Origin: Balanoglossus misakiensis
Taxonomy: Eukaryota; Animalia; Hemichordata
Direction: 5' to 3'
Length of the DNA: 64,000 bases
Assembly: GCA_040954595.2 (NCBI GenBank)
Contig: CM082582.2
Location: 2,960,303 to 3,024,302 of the forward strand
Below, one piece after another: positions 47,180 through 62,100 of this stretch. The first letter of the stretch is position 1, and each line of letters opens with the position of its first letter. The notes below the pieces were generated by a model. That model saw only the letters and a list, made by a program, of their open reading frames with translations. It searched no databases and was not told the origin of the DNA. A program made the position numbers and the translations under genes.

Positions 47180-50100
47180 GGCTGAAAGCTTACTTCATGA
47201 GACTGTTTGTGCCAATGACGGGTAAGACCGCTTATGAAGTGGTGACCTAAGACAGGCGACAGTCAGGCTTCACTTACAAAAAGTGGAAAATACAATAGCT
47301 ACATTGGTAGGCTGAAAGCTTACTTCCTGAGACTGTTTGTGCCAATGACGGGTAAGACCGCTTATGAAGTGGTGACCTAAGACAGGCGACAGTCAGGCTT
47401 CACTTACAAAAAGTGGAAAATACAATAGCTACATTGGTAGGCTGAAAGCTTACTTCCTGAGACTGTTTGTGCCAATGACGGGTAAGACCGCTTATGAAGT
47501 GGTGACCTAAGACAGGCGACAGTCAGGCTTCACTTACAAAAAGTGGAAAATACAATAGCTACATTGGTAGGCTGAAAGCTTACTTCCTGAGACTGTTTGT
47601 GCCAATGACGGGTAAGACCGCTTATGAAGTGGTGACCTAAGACAGGCGACAGTCAGGCTTCACTTACAAAAAGTGGAAAATACAATAGCTACATTGGTAG
47701 GCTGAAAGCTTACGTCCTGAGACTGTTTGTGCCAATGACGGGTAAGACCGCTTATGAAGTGGTGACCTAAGACAGGCGACAGTCAGGCTTCACTTACAAA
47801 AAGTGGAAAATACAATAGCTACATTGGTAGGCTGAAAGCTTACTTCCTGTGACTGTTTGTGCCAATGACGGGTAAGACCGCTTATGAAGTGGTGACCTAA
47901 GACAGGCGACAGTCAGGCTTCACTTACAAAAAGTGGAAAATACAATAGCTACATTGGTAGGCTGAAAGCTTACTTCCTGAGACTGTTTGTGCCAATGACG
48001 GGTAAGACCGCTTATGAAGTGGTGACCTAAGACAGGCGACAGTCAGGCTTCACTTACAAAAAGTGGAAAATACAATAGCTACATTGGTAGGCTGAAAGCT
48101 TACTTCCTGAGACTGTTTGTGCCAATGACGGGTAAGACCGCTTATGAAGTGGTGACCTAAGACAGGCGACAGTCAGGCTTCACTTACAAAAGTGGAAAAT
48201 ACAATAGCTACATTGGTAGGCTGAAAGCTTACTTCCTGAGACTGTTTGTGCCAATGACGGGTAAGACCGCTTATGAAGTGGTGACCTAAAACAGGCGACA
48301 GTCAGGCTTCACTTACAAAAAGTGGAAAATACAATAGCTACATTGGTAGGCTGAAAGCTTACTTCCTGAGACTGTTTGTGCCAATGACGGGTAAGACCGC
48401 TTATGAAGTGGTGACCTAAGACAGGCGACAGTCAGGCTTCACTTACAAAAAGTGGAAAATACAATAGCTACATTGGTAGGCTGAAAGCTTACTTCCTGAG
48501 ACTGTTTGTGCCAATGACGGGTAAGACCGCTTATGAAGTGGTGACCTAAGACAGGCGACAGTCAGGCTTCACTTACAAAAAGTGGAAAATACAATAGCTA
48601 CATTGGTAGGCTGAAAGCTTACTTCCTGTGACTGTTTGTGCCAATGACGGGTAAGACCGCTTATGAAGTGGTGACCTAAGACAGGCGACAGTCAGGCTTC
48701 ACTTATAAAAAGTGGAAAATACAATAGCTACATTGGTAGGCTGAAAGCTTACGTCCTGAGACTGTTTGTGCCAATGACGGGTAAGACCGCTTATGAAGTG
48801 GTGACCTAAGACAGGCGACAGTCAGGCTTCACTTACAAAAAGTGGAAAATACAATAGCTACATTGGTAGGCTGAAAGCTTACGTCCTGAGACTGTTTGTG
48901 CCAATGACGGGTAAGACCGCTTATGAAGTGGTGACCTAAGACAGGCGACAGTCAGGCTTCACTTACAAAAAGTGGAAAATACAATAGCTACATTGGTAGG
49001 CTGAAAGCTTACTTCCTGAGACTGTTTGTGCCAATGACGGGTAAGACCGCTTATGAAGTGGTGACCTAAGACAGGCGACAGTCAGGCTTCACTTACAAAA
49101 AGTGGAAAATACAATAGCTACATTGGTAGGCTGAAAGCTTACTTCCTGAGACTGTTTGTGCCAATGACGGGTAAGACCGCTTATGAAGTGGTGACCTAAG
49201 ACAGGCGACAGTCAGGCTTCACTTACAAAAAGTGGAAAATACAATAGCTACATTGGTAGGCTGAAAGCTTACTTCCTGAGACTGTTTGTGCCAATGACGG
49301 GTAAGACCGCTTATGAAGTGGTGACCTAAGACAGGCGACAGTCAGGCTTCACTTATAAAAAGTGGAAAATACAATAGCTACATTGGTAGGCTGAAAGCTT
49401 ACGTCCTGAGACTGTTTGTGCCAATGACTGGTAAGACCGCTTATGAAGTGGTGACCTAAGACAGGCGACAGTCAGGCTTCACTTACAAAAAGTGGAAAAT
49501 ACAATAGCTACATTGGTAGGCTGAAAGCTTACTTCCTGAGACTGTTTGTGCCAATGACGGGTAAGACCGCTTATGAAGTGGTGACCTAAGACAGGCGACA
49601 GTCAGGCTTCACTTACAAAAAGTGGAAAATACAATAGCTACATTGGTAGGCTGAAAGCTTACTTCCTGAGACTGTTTGTGCCAATGACGGGTAAGACCGC
49701 TTATGAAGTGGTGACCTAAGACAGGCGACAGTCAGGCTTCACTTACAAAAAGTGGAAAATACAATAGCTACATTGGTAGGCTGAAAGCTTACTTCCTGTG
49801 ACTGTTTGTGCCAATGACGGGTAAGACCGCTTATGAAGTGGTGACCTAAGACAGGCGACAGTCAGGCTTCACTTATAAAAAGTGGAAAATACAATAGCTA
49901 CATTGGTAGGCTGAAAGCTTACGTCCTGAGACTGTTTGTGCCAATGACTGGTAAGACCGCTTATGAAGTGGTGACCTAAGACAGGCGACAGTCAGGCTTC
50001 ACTTACAAAAAGTGGAAAATACAATAGCTACATTGGTAGGCTGAAAGCTTACTTCCTGAGACTGTTTGTGCCAATGACGGGTAAGACCGCTTATGAAGTG

Positions 50101-53100
50101 GTGACCTAAGACAGGCGACAGTCAGGCTTCACTTACAAAAAGTGGAAAAAATACAATAGCTACATTGGTAGGCTGAAAGCTTACTTCCTGAGACTGTTTG
50201 TGCCAATGACGGGTAAGACCGCTTATGAAGTGGTGACCTAAGACAGGCGACAGTCAGGCTTCACTTACAAAAAGTGGAAAATACAATAGCTACATTGGTA
50301 GGCTGAAAGCTTACTTCCTGAGACTGTTTGTGCCAATGACGGGTAAGACCGCTTATGAAGTGGTGACCTAAGACAGGCGACAGTCAGGCTTCACTTATAA
50401 AAAGTGGAAAATACAATAGCTACATTGGTAGGCTGAAAGCTTACGTCCTGAGACTGTTTGTGCCAATGACTGGTAAGACCGCTTATGAAGTGGTGACCTA
50501 AGACAGGCGACAGTCAGGCTTCACTTACAAAAAGTGGAAAATACAATAGCTACATTGGTAGGCTGAAAGCTTACTTCCTGAGACTGTTTGTGCCAATGAC
50601 GGGTAAGACCGCTTATGAAGTGGTGACCTAAGACAGGCGACAGTCAGGCTTCACTTACAAAAAGTGGAAAATACAATAGCTACATTGGTAGGCTGAAAGC
50701 TTACTTCCTGAGACTGTTTGTGCCAATGACGGGTAAGACCGCTTATGAAGTGGTGACCTAAGACAGGCGACAGTCAGGCTTCACTTACAAAAAGTGGAAA
50801 ATACAATAGCTACATTGGTAGGCTGAAAGCTTACTTCCTGTGACTGTTTGTGCCAATGACGGGTAAGACCGCTTATGAAGTGGTGACCTAAGACAGGCGA
50901 CAGTCAGGCTTCACTTATAAAAAGTGGAAAATACAATAGCTACATTGGTAGGCTGAAAGCTTACGTCCTGAGACTGTTTGTGCCAATGACGGGTAAGACC
51001 GCTTATGAAGTGGTGACCTAAGACAGGCGACAGTCAGGCTTCACTTACAAAAAGTGGAAAATACAATAGCTACATTGGTAGGCTGAAAGCTTACTTCCTG
51101 TGACTGTTTGTGCCAATGACGGGTAAGACCGCTTATGAAGTGGTGACCTAAGACAGGCGACAGTCAGGCTTCACTTATAAAAAGTGGAAAATACAATAGC
51201 TACATTGGTAGGCTGAAAGCTTACGTCCTGAGACTGTTTGTGCCAATGACTGGTAAGACCGCTTATGAAGTGGTTACCTAAGACAGGCGACAGTCAGGCT
51301 TCACTTACAAAAAGTGGAAAATACAATAGCTACATTGGTAGGCTGAAAGCTTACTTCCTGAGACTGTTTGTGCCAATGACGGGTAAGACCGCTTATGAAG
51401 TGGTGACCTAAGACAGGCGACAGTCAGGCTTCACTTACAAAAAGTGGAAAATACAATAGCTACATTGGTAGGCTGAAAGCTTACTTCCTGAGACTGTTTG
51501 TGCCAATGACGGGTAAGACCGCTTATGAAGTGGTGACCTAAGACAGGCGACAGTCAGGCTTCACTTACAAAAAGTGGAAAATACAATAGCTACATTGGTA
51601 GGCTGAAAGCTTACTTCCTGTGACTGTTTGTGCCAATGACAGGTAAGACCGCTTATGAAGTGGTGACCTAAGACAGGCGACAGTCAGGCTTCACTTATAA
51701 AAAGTGGAAAATACAATAGCTACATTGGTAGGCTGAAAGCTTACGTCCTGAGACTGTTTGTGCCAATGACGGGTAAGACCGCTTATGAAGTGGTGACCTA
51801 AGACAGGCGACAGTCAGGCTTCACTTATAAAAAGTGGAAAATACAATAGCTACATTGGTAGGCTGAAAGCTTACGTCCTGAGACTGTTTGTGCCAATGAC
51901 TGATAAGACCGCTTATGAAGTGGTGACCTAAGACAGGCGACAGTCAGGCTTCACTTACAAAAAGTGGAAAATACAATAGCTACATTGGTAGGCTGAAAGC
52001 TTACTTCCTGAGACTGTTTGTGCCAATGACGGGTAAGACCGCTTATGAAGTGGTGACCTAAGACAGGCGACAGTCAGGCTTCACTTACAAAAAGTGGAAA
52101 ATACAATAGGTACATTGGTAGGCTGAAAGCTTACTTCCTGAGACTGTTTGTGCCAATGACGGGTAAGACCGCTTATGAAGTGGTGACCTAAGACAGGCGA
52201 CAGTCAGGCTTCACTTACAAAAAGTGGAAAATACAATAGCTACATTGGTAGGCTGAAAGCTTACTTCCTGTGACTGTTTGTGCCAATGACGGGTAAGACC
52301 GCTTATGAAGTGGTGACCTAAGACAGGCGACAGTCAGGCTTCACTTATAAAAAGTGGAAAATACAATAGCTACATTGGTAGGCTGAAAGCTTACGTCCTG
52401 AGACTGTTTGTGCCAATGACGGGTAAGACCGCTTATGAAGTGGTGACCTAAGACAGGCGACAGTCAGGCTTCACTTACAAAAAGTGGAAAATACAATAGC
52501 TACATTGGTAGGCTGAAAGCTTACTTCCTGAGACTGTTTGTGCCAATGACGGGTAAGACCGCTTATGAAGTGGTGACCTAAGACAGGCGACAGTCAGGCT
52601 TCACTTACAAAAAGTGGAAAATACAATAGCTACATTGGTAGGCTGAAAGCCTACTTCCTGAGACTGTTTGTGCCAATGACAGGTAAGACCGCTTATGAAG
52701 TGGTGACCTAAGATAGGCGACAGTCAGGCTTCACTTACAAAAAGTGGAAAATACAATAGCTACATTGGTAGGCTGAAAGCTTACTTCCTGAGACTGTTTG
52801 TGCCAATAACGGGTAAGACCACTTATGAAGTGGTGACCTAAGACAGGCGACAGTCAGGCTTCACTTACAAAAAGTGTAAAATATAATAGCTACATTGGTA
52901 GGCTGAAAGCTTACTTCCTGAGACTGTTTGTGCCAATGACGGGTAAGACCGCTTATGAAGTGGTGACCTAAGACAGGCGACAGTCAGGCTTCACTTACAA
53001 AAAGTGGAAAATACAATAGCTACATTGGTAGGCTGAAAGCTTACTTCCTGTGACTGTTTGTGCCAATGACGGGTAAGACCGCTTATGAAGTGGTGACCTA

Positions 53101-56100
53101 AGACAGGCGACAGTCAGGCTTCACTTATAAAAAGTGGAAAATACAATAGCTACATTGGTAGGCTGAAAGCTTACGTCCTGAGACTGTTTGTGCCAATGAC
53201 GGGTAAGACCGCTTATGAAGTGGTGACCTAAGACAGGCGACAGTCAGGCTTCACTTACAAAAAGTGGAAAATACAATAGCTACATTGGTAGGCTGAAAGC
53301 TTACTTCCTGAGACTGTTTGTGCCAATGACGGGTAAGACCGCTTATGAAGTGGTGACCTAAGACAGGCGACAGTCAGGCTTCACTTACAAAAAGTGGAAA
53401 ATACAATAGCTACATTGGTAGGCTGAAAGCTTACTTCCTGAGACTGTTTGTGCCAATGACGGGTAAGACCGCTTATGAAGTGGTGACCTAAGACAGGCGA
53501 CAGTCAGGCTTCACTTACAAAAAGTGGAAAATACAATAGCTACATTGGTAGGCTGAAAGCTTACGTCCTGAGACTGTTTGTGCCAATGACGGGTAAGACC
53601 GCTTATGAAGTGGTGACCTAAGACAGGCGACAGTCAGGCTTCACTTACAAAAAGTGGAAAATACAATAGCTACATTGGTAGGCTGAAAGCTTACTTCCTG
53701 TGACTGTTTGTGCCAATGACGGGTAAGACCGCTTATGAAGTGGTGACCTAAGACAGGCGACAGTCAGGCTTCACTTACAAAAAGTGGAAAATACAATAGC
53801 TACATTGGTAGGCTGAAAGCTTACTTCCTAGGACTGTTTGTGCCAATGACGGGTAAGACCGCTTATGAAGTGGTGACCTAAGACAGGCGACAGTCAGGCT
53901 TCACTTACAAAAAGTGGAAAATACAATAGCTACATTGGTAGGCTGAAAGCTTACTTCCTGAGACTGTTTGTGCCAATGACGGGTAAGACCGCTTATGAAG
54001 TGGTGACCTAAGACAGGCGACAGTCAGGCTTCACTTACAAAAAGTGGAAAATACAATAGCTACATTGGTAGGCTGAAAGCTTACTTCCTGAGACTGTTTG
54101 TGCCAATGACGGGTAAGACCGCTTATGAAGTGGTGACCTAAAACAGGCGACAGTCAGGCTTCACTTACAAAAAGTGGAAAATACAATAGCTACATTGGTA
54201 GGCTGAAAGCTTACTTCCTGAGACTGTTTGTGCCAATGACGGGTAAGACCGCTTATGAAGTGGTGACCTAAGACAGGCGACAGTCAGGCTTCACTTACAA
54301 AAAGTGGAAAATACAATAGCTACATTGGTAGGCTGAAAGCTTACTTCCTGAGACTGTTTGTGCCAATGACGGGTAAGACCGCTTATGAAGTGGTGACCTA
54401 AGACAGGCGACAGTCAGGCTTCACTTACAAAAAGTGGAAAATACAATAGCTACATTGGTAGGCTGAAAGCTTACTTCCTGTGACTGTTTGTGCCAATGAC
54501 GGGTAAGACCGCTTATGAAGTGGTGACCTAAGACAGGCGACAGTCAGGCTTCACTTATAAAAAGTGGAAAATACAATAGCTACATTGGTAGGCTGAAAGC
54601 TTACGTCCTGAGACTGTTTGTGCCAATGACGGGTAAGACCGCTTATGAAGTGGTGACCTAAGACAGGCGACAGTCAGGCTTCACTTACAAAAAGTGGAAA
54701 ATACAATAGCTACATTGGTAGGCTGAAAGCTTACGTCCTGAGACTGTTTGTGCCAATGACGGGTAAGACCGCTTATGAAGTGGTGACCTAAGACAGGCGA
54801 CAGTCAGGCTTCACTTACAAAAAGTGGAAAATACAATAGCTACATTGGTAGGCTGAAAGCTTACTTCCTGAGACTGTTTGTGCCAATGACGGGTAAGACC
54901 GCTTATGAAGTGGTGACCTAAGACAGGCGACAGTCAGGCTTCACTTACAAAAAGTGGAAAATACAATAGCTACATTGGTAGGCTGAAAGCTTACTTCCTG
55001 AGACTGTTTGTGCCAATGACGGGTAAGACCGCTTATGAAGTGGTGACCTAAGACAGGCGACAGTCAGGCTTCACTTACAAAAAGTGGAAAATACAATAGC
55101 TACATTGGTAGGCTGAAAGCTTACTTCCTGAGACTGTTTGTGCCAATGACGGGTAAGACCGCTTATGAAGTGGTGACCTAAGACAGGCGACAGTCAGGCT
55201 TCACTTATAAAAAGTGGAAAATACAATAGCTACATTGGTAGGCTGAAAGCTTACGTCCTGAGACTGTTTGTGCCAATGACTGGTAAGACCGCTTATGAAG
55301 TGGTGACCTAAGACAGGCGACAGTCAGGCTTCACTTACAAAAAGTGGAAAATACAATAGCTACATTGGTAGGCTGAAAGCTTACTTCCTGAGACTGTTTG
55401 TGCCAATGACGGGTAAGACCGCTTATGAAGTGGTGACCTAAGACAGGCGACAGTCAGGCTTCACTTACAAAAAGTGGAAAATACAATAGCTACATTGGTA
55501 GGCTGAAAGCTTACTTCCTGAGACTGTTTGTGCCAATGACGGGTAAGACCGCTTATGAAGTGGTGACCTAAGACAGGCGACAGTCAGGCTTCACTTACAA
55601 AAAGTGGAAAATACAATAGCTACATTGGTAGGCTGAAAGCTTACTTCCTGTGACTGTTTGTGCCAATGACGGGTAAGACCGCTTATGAAGTGGTGACCTA
55701 AGACAGGCGACAGTCAGGCTTCACTTATAAAAAGTGGAAAATACAATAGCTACATTGGTAGGCTGAAAGCTTACGTCCTGAGACTGTTTGTGCCAATGAC
55801 GGGTAAGACCGCTTATGAAGTGGTGACCTAAGACAGGCGACAGTCAGGCTTCACTTACAAAAAGTGGAAAATACAATAGCTACATTGGTAGGCTGAAAGC
55901 TTACTTCCTGTGACTGTTTGTGCCAATGACGGGTAAGACCGCTTATGAAGTGGTGACCTAAGACAGGCGACAGTCAGGCTTCACTTATAAAAAGTGGAAA
56001 ATACAATAGCTACATTGGTAGGCTGAAAGCTTACGTCCTGAGACTGTTTGTGCCAATGACTGGTATGACCGCTTATGAAGTGGTGACCTAAGACAGGCGA

Positions 56101-59100
56101 CAGTCAGGCTTCACTTACAAAAAGTGGAAAATACAATAGCTACATTGGTAGGCTGAAAGCTTACTTCCTGAGACTGTTTGTGCCAATGACGGGTAAGACC
56201 GCTTATGAAGTGGTGACCTAAGACAGGCGACAGTCAGGCTTCACTTACAAAAAGTGGAAAAATACAATAGCTACATTGGTAGGCTGAAAGCTTACTTCCT
56301 GAGACTGTTTGTGCCAATGACGGGTAAGACCGCTTATGAAGTGGTGACCTAAGACAGGCGACAGTCAGGCTTCACTTACAAAAAGTGGAAAATACAATAG
56401 CTACATTGGTAGGCTGAAAGCTTACTTCTGAGACTGTTTGTGCCAATGACGGGTAAGACCGCTTATGAAGTTGGTGACCTAAGACAGGCGACAGTCAGGC
56501 TTCACTTATAAAAAGTGGAAAATACAATAGCTACATTGGTAGGCTGAAAGCTTACGTCCTGAGACTGTTTGTGCCAATGACTGGTAAGACCGCTTATGAA
56601 GTGGTGACCTAAGACAGGCGACAGTCAGGCTTCACTTACAAAAAGTGGAAAATACAATAGCTACATTGGTAGGCTGAAAGCTTACTTCCTGAGACGGTTT
56701 GTGCCAATGACGGGTAAGACCGCTTATGAAGTGGTGACCTAAGACAGGCGACAGTCAGGCTTCACTTACAAAAAGTGGAAAATACAATAGCTACATTGGT
56801 AGGCTGAAAGCTTACTTCCTGAGACTGTTTGTGCCAATGACGGGTAAGACCGCTTATGAAGTGGTGACCTAAGACAGGCGACAGTCAGGCTTCACTTACA
56901 AAAAGTGGAAAATACAATAGCTACATTGGTAGGCTGAAAGCTTACTTCCTGTGACTGTTTGTGCCAATGACGGGTAAGACCGCTTATGAAGTGGTGACCT
57001 AAGACAGGCGACAGTCAGGCTTCACTTATAAAAAGTGGAAAATACAATAGCTACATTGGTAGGCTGAAAGCTTACGTCCTGAGACTGTTTGTGCCAATGA
57101 CGGGTAAGACCGCTTATGAAGTGGTGACCTAAGACAGGCGACAGTCAGGCTTCACTTACAAAAAGTGGAAAATACAATAGCTACATTGGTAGGCTGAAAG
57201 CTTACGTCCTGAGACTGTTTGTGCCAATGACGGGTAAGACCGCTTATGAAGTGGTGACCTAAGACAGGCGACAGTCAGGCTTCACTTATAAAAAGTGGAA
57301 AATACAATAGCTACATGGTAGGCTGAAAGCTTACGTCCTGAGACTGTTTGTGCCAATGACTGGTAAGGACCGCTTATGAAGTGGTGACCTAAGACAGGCG
57401 ACAGTCAGGCTTCACTTACAAAAGTGGAAAATACAATAGCTACATTGGTAGGCTGGAAAGCTTACTTCCTGAGACTGTTTGTGCCAATGACGGGTAAGAC
57501 CGCTTATGAAGTGGTGACCTAAGACAGGCGACAGTCAGGCTTCACTTACAAAAAGTGGAAAATACAATAGCTACATTGGTAGGCTGGAAAGCTTACTTCC
57601 TGAGACTGTTTGTGCCAATGACGGGTAAGACCGCTTATGAAGTGGTGACCTAAGACAGGCGACAGTCAGGCTTCACTTACAAAAAGTGGAAAATACAATA
57701 GCTACATTGGTAGGCTGAAAGCTTACTTCCTGTGACTGTTTGTGCCAAGACGGTAAGACCTGCTTATGAAGTGGTGACCTAAGACAGGCGACAGTCAGGC
57801 TTCACTTATAAAAAGTGAAAATACAATAGCTACATTGGTAGGCTGAAAGCTTACGTCCTGAGACTGTTTGTGCCAATGACGGGTAAGACCGCTTATGAAG
57901 TGGTGACCTAAGACAGGCGACAGTCAGGCTTCACTTATAAAAAGTGGAAAATACAATAGCTACATTGGTAGGCTGAAAGCTTACGTCCTGAGACTGTTGT
58001 GCCAATGACTGATAAGACCGCTTATGAAGTGGTGACCTAAGACAGGCGACAGTCAGGCTTCACTTACAAAAAGTGGAAAATACAATAGCTACATTGGTAG
58101 GCTGAAAGCTTACTTCCTGAGACTGTTTTGTGCCAATGACGGGTAAGACCGCTTATGAAGTGGTGACCTAAGACAGGCACAGTCAGGCTCACTTACAAAA
58201 AGTGGAAAATACAATAGGTACTATTTGGTAGGCTGAAAGCTTACTTCCTGAGACTGTTTGTGCCAATGCGGGTAAGACCGCTTATGAAGTGGTGACCTAA
58301 GACAGGCGACAGTCAGGCTTCAATTACAAAAAGTGGAAAATACAATAGCTACATTGGGTAGGCTGAAAGCTTACTTCCTGTGACTGTTTGTGCCAATGAC
58401 GGGTAAGACCGCTTATGAAGTGGTGACCTAAGACAGGCGACAGTCAGGCTTCACTTATAAAAAGTGGAAAATAAATAGCTACATTGGTAGGCTGAAAGCT
58501 TACGTCCTGAGACTGTTTGTGCCAATGACGGGTAAGACCGCTTATGAAGTGGTGACCTAAGACAGGCGACAGTCAGGCTTCACTTACAAAAAGTGGAAAA
58601 TACAATAGCTACATTGGTAGGCTGAAAGCTTACTTCCTGAGACTGTTTGTGCCAATGACGGGTAAGACCGCTTATGAAGTGGTGACCTAAGACAGGCGAC
58701 AGTCAGGCTTCACTTACAAAAAGTGGAAAATACAATAGCTACATTGGTAGGCTGAAAGCCTACTTCCTGAGACTGTTTGTGCCAATGACAGGTAAGACCG
58801 CTTATGAAGTGGTGACCTAAGATAGGCGACAGTCAGGCTTCACTTACAAAAAGTGGAAAATACAATAGCTACATTGGTAGGCTGAAAGCTTACTTCCTGA
58901 GACTGTTTGTGCCAATAACGGGTAAGACCACTTATGAAGTGGTGACCTAAGACAGGCGACAGTCAGGCTTCACTTACAAAAAGTGTAAAATATAATAGCT
59001 ACATTGGTAGGCTGAAAGCTTACTTCCTGAGACTGTTTGTGCCAATGACGGGTAAGACCGCTTATGAAGTGGTGACCTAAGACAGGCGACAGTCAGGCTT

Positions 59101-62100
59101 CACTTACAAAAAGTGGAAAATACAATAGCTACATTGGTAGGCTGAAAGCTTACTTCCTGTGACTGTTTGTGCCAATGACGGGTAAGACCGCTTATGAAGT
59201 GGTGACCTAAGACAGGCGACAGTCAGGCTTCACTTATAAAAAGTGGAAAATACAATAGCTACATTGGTAGGCTGAAAGCTTACGTCCTGAGACTGTTTGT
59301 GCCAATGACGGGTAAGACCGCTTATGAAGTGGTGACCTAAGACAGGCGACAGTCAGGCTTCACTTATAAAAAGTGGAAAATACAATAGCTACATTGGTAG
59401 GCTGAAAGCTTACGTCCTGAGACTGTTTGTGCCAATGACTGATAAGACCGCTTATGAAGTGGTGACCTAAGACAGGCGACAGTCAGGCTTCACTTACAAA
59501 AAGTGGAAAATACAATAGCTACATTGGTAGGCTGAAAGCTTACTTCCTGAGACTGTTTGTGCCAATGACGGGTAAGACCGCTTATGAAGTGGTGACCTAA
59601 GACAGGCGACAGTCAGGCTTCACTTACAAAAAGTGGAAAATACAATAGGTACATTGGTAGGCTGAAAGCTTACTTCCTGAGACTGTTTGTGCCAATGACG
59701 GGTAAGACCGCTTATGAAGTGGTGACCTAAGACAGGCGACAGTCAGGCTTCACTTACAAAAAGTGGAAAATACAATAGCTACATTGGTAGGCTGAAAGCT
59801 TACTTCCTGTGACTGTTTGTGCCAATGACGGGTAAGACCGCTTATGAAGTGGTGACCTAAGACAGGCGACAGTCAGGCTTCACTTATAAAAAGTGGAAAA
59901 TACAATAGCTACATTGGTAGGCTGAAAGCTTACGTCCTGAGACTGTTTGTGCCAATGACGGGTAAGACCGCTTATGAAGTGGTGACCTAAGACAGGCGAC
60001 AGTCAGGCTTCACTTACAAAAAGTGGAAAATACAATAGCTACATTGGTAGGCTGAAAGCTTACTTCCTGAGACTGTTTGTGCCAATGACGGGTAAGACCG
60101 CTTATGAAGTGGTGACCTAAGACAGGCGACAGTCAGGCTTCACTTACAAAAAGTGGAAAATACAATAGCTACATTGGTAGGCTGAAAGCCTACTTCCTGA
60201 GACTGTTTGTGCCAATGACAGGTAAGACCGCTTATGAAGTGGTGACCTAAGATAGGCGACAGTCAGGCTTCACTTACAAAAAGTGGAAAATACAATAGCT
60301 ACATTGGTAGGCTGAAAGCTTACTTCCTGAGACTGTTTGTGCCAATAACGGGTAAGACCACTTATGAAGTGGTGACCTAAGACAGGCGACAGTCAGGCTT
60401 CACTTACAAAAAGTGTAAAATATAATAGCTACATTGGTAGGCTGAAAGCTTACTTCCTGAGACTGTTTGTGCCAATGACGGGTAAGACCGCTTATGAAGT
60501 GGTGACCTAAGACAGGCGACAGTCAGGCTTCACTTACAAAAAGTGGAAAATACAATAGCTACATTGGTAGGCTGAAAGCTTACTTCCTGAGACTGTTTGT
60601 GCCAATGACGGGTAAGACCACTTATGAAGTGGTGACCTAAGACAGGCGACAGTCAGGCTTCACTTACAAAAAGTGGAAAATACAATAGCTACATTGGTAG
60701 GCTGAAAGCTTACTTCCTGAGACTGTTTGTGCCAATGACGGGTAAGACCGCTTATGAAGTGGTGACCTAAGACTGGCGACAGTCAGGCTTCACTTACAAA
60801 AAGTGGAAAATACAATAGCTACATCGGTAGGCTGAAAGCTTACTTCCTGAGACTGTTTGTGCCAATGACGGGTAAGACCGCTTATGAAGTGGTGACCTAA
60901 GACTAGGCGACAGTCAGGCTTCACTTACAAAAAGTGGAAAATATAATAGCTACATTGGTAGGCTGAAAGCTTACTTCCTGAGACTGTTTGTGCCAATGAC
61001 GGGTAAGACCGCTTATGAAGTGGTGACCTAAGACAGGCGACAGTCAGGCTTCACTTACAAAAAGTGGAAAATACAATAGCTACATTGGTAGGCTGAAAGC
61101 TTACTTCCTCAGACTGTTTGTGCCAATGACGGGTAAGACCGCTTATGAAGTGGTGACCTAAGACAGGCGACAGTCAGGCTTCACTTACAAAAAGTGGAAA
61201 ATACAATAGCTACATTGTTACGCTGAAAGCTTACTTCCTGTGACTGTTTGTGCCAATGACGGGTAATACCGCTTATGAAGTGGTGACCTAAGACAGGCGA
61301 CAGTCAGGCTTCACTTACAAAAAGTGGAAAATACAATAGGTACATTGGTAGGCTGAAAGCTTACTTCCTGAGACTGTTTGTGCCAATGACGGGTAAGACC
61401 GCTTATGAAGTGGTGACCTAAGACAGGCGACAGTCAGGCTTCACTTACAAAAAGTGGAAAATACAATAGCTACATTGGTAGGCTGAAAGCTTACTTCCTG
61501 AGACTGTTTGTGCCAATGACGGGTAAGACCGCTTATGAAGTGGTGACCTAAGACAGGCGACAGTCAGGCTTCACTTGCAAAAAGTGGAAAATACAATAGC
61601 TACATTGTTACGCTGAAAGCTTACTTCCTGTGACTGTTTGTGCCAATGACGGGTAAGACCGCTTATGAAGTGGTGACCTAAGACAGGCGACAGTCAGGCT
61701 TCACTTACAAAAAGTGGAAAATACAATAGGTACATTGGTAGGCTGAAAGCTTACTTCCTGAGACTGTTTGTGCCAATGACGGGTAAGACCGCTTATGAAG
61801 TGGTGACCTAAGACAGGCGACAGTCAGGCTTCACTTACAAAAAGTGGAAAATACAATAGCTACATTGGTAGGCTGAAAGCTTACTTCCTGAGACTGTTTG
61901 TGCCAATGACGGGTAAGACCGCTTATGAAGTGGTGACCTAAGACAGGCGACAGTCAGGCTTCACTTACAAAAAGTGGAAAATACAATAGCTACATTGGTA
62001 GGCTGAAAGCTTACTTCCTGAGACTGTTTGTGCCAATGACGGGTAAGACCGCTTATGAAGTGGTGACCTAAGACAGGCGACAGTCAGGCTTCACTTACAA

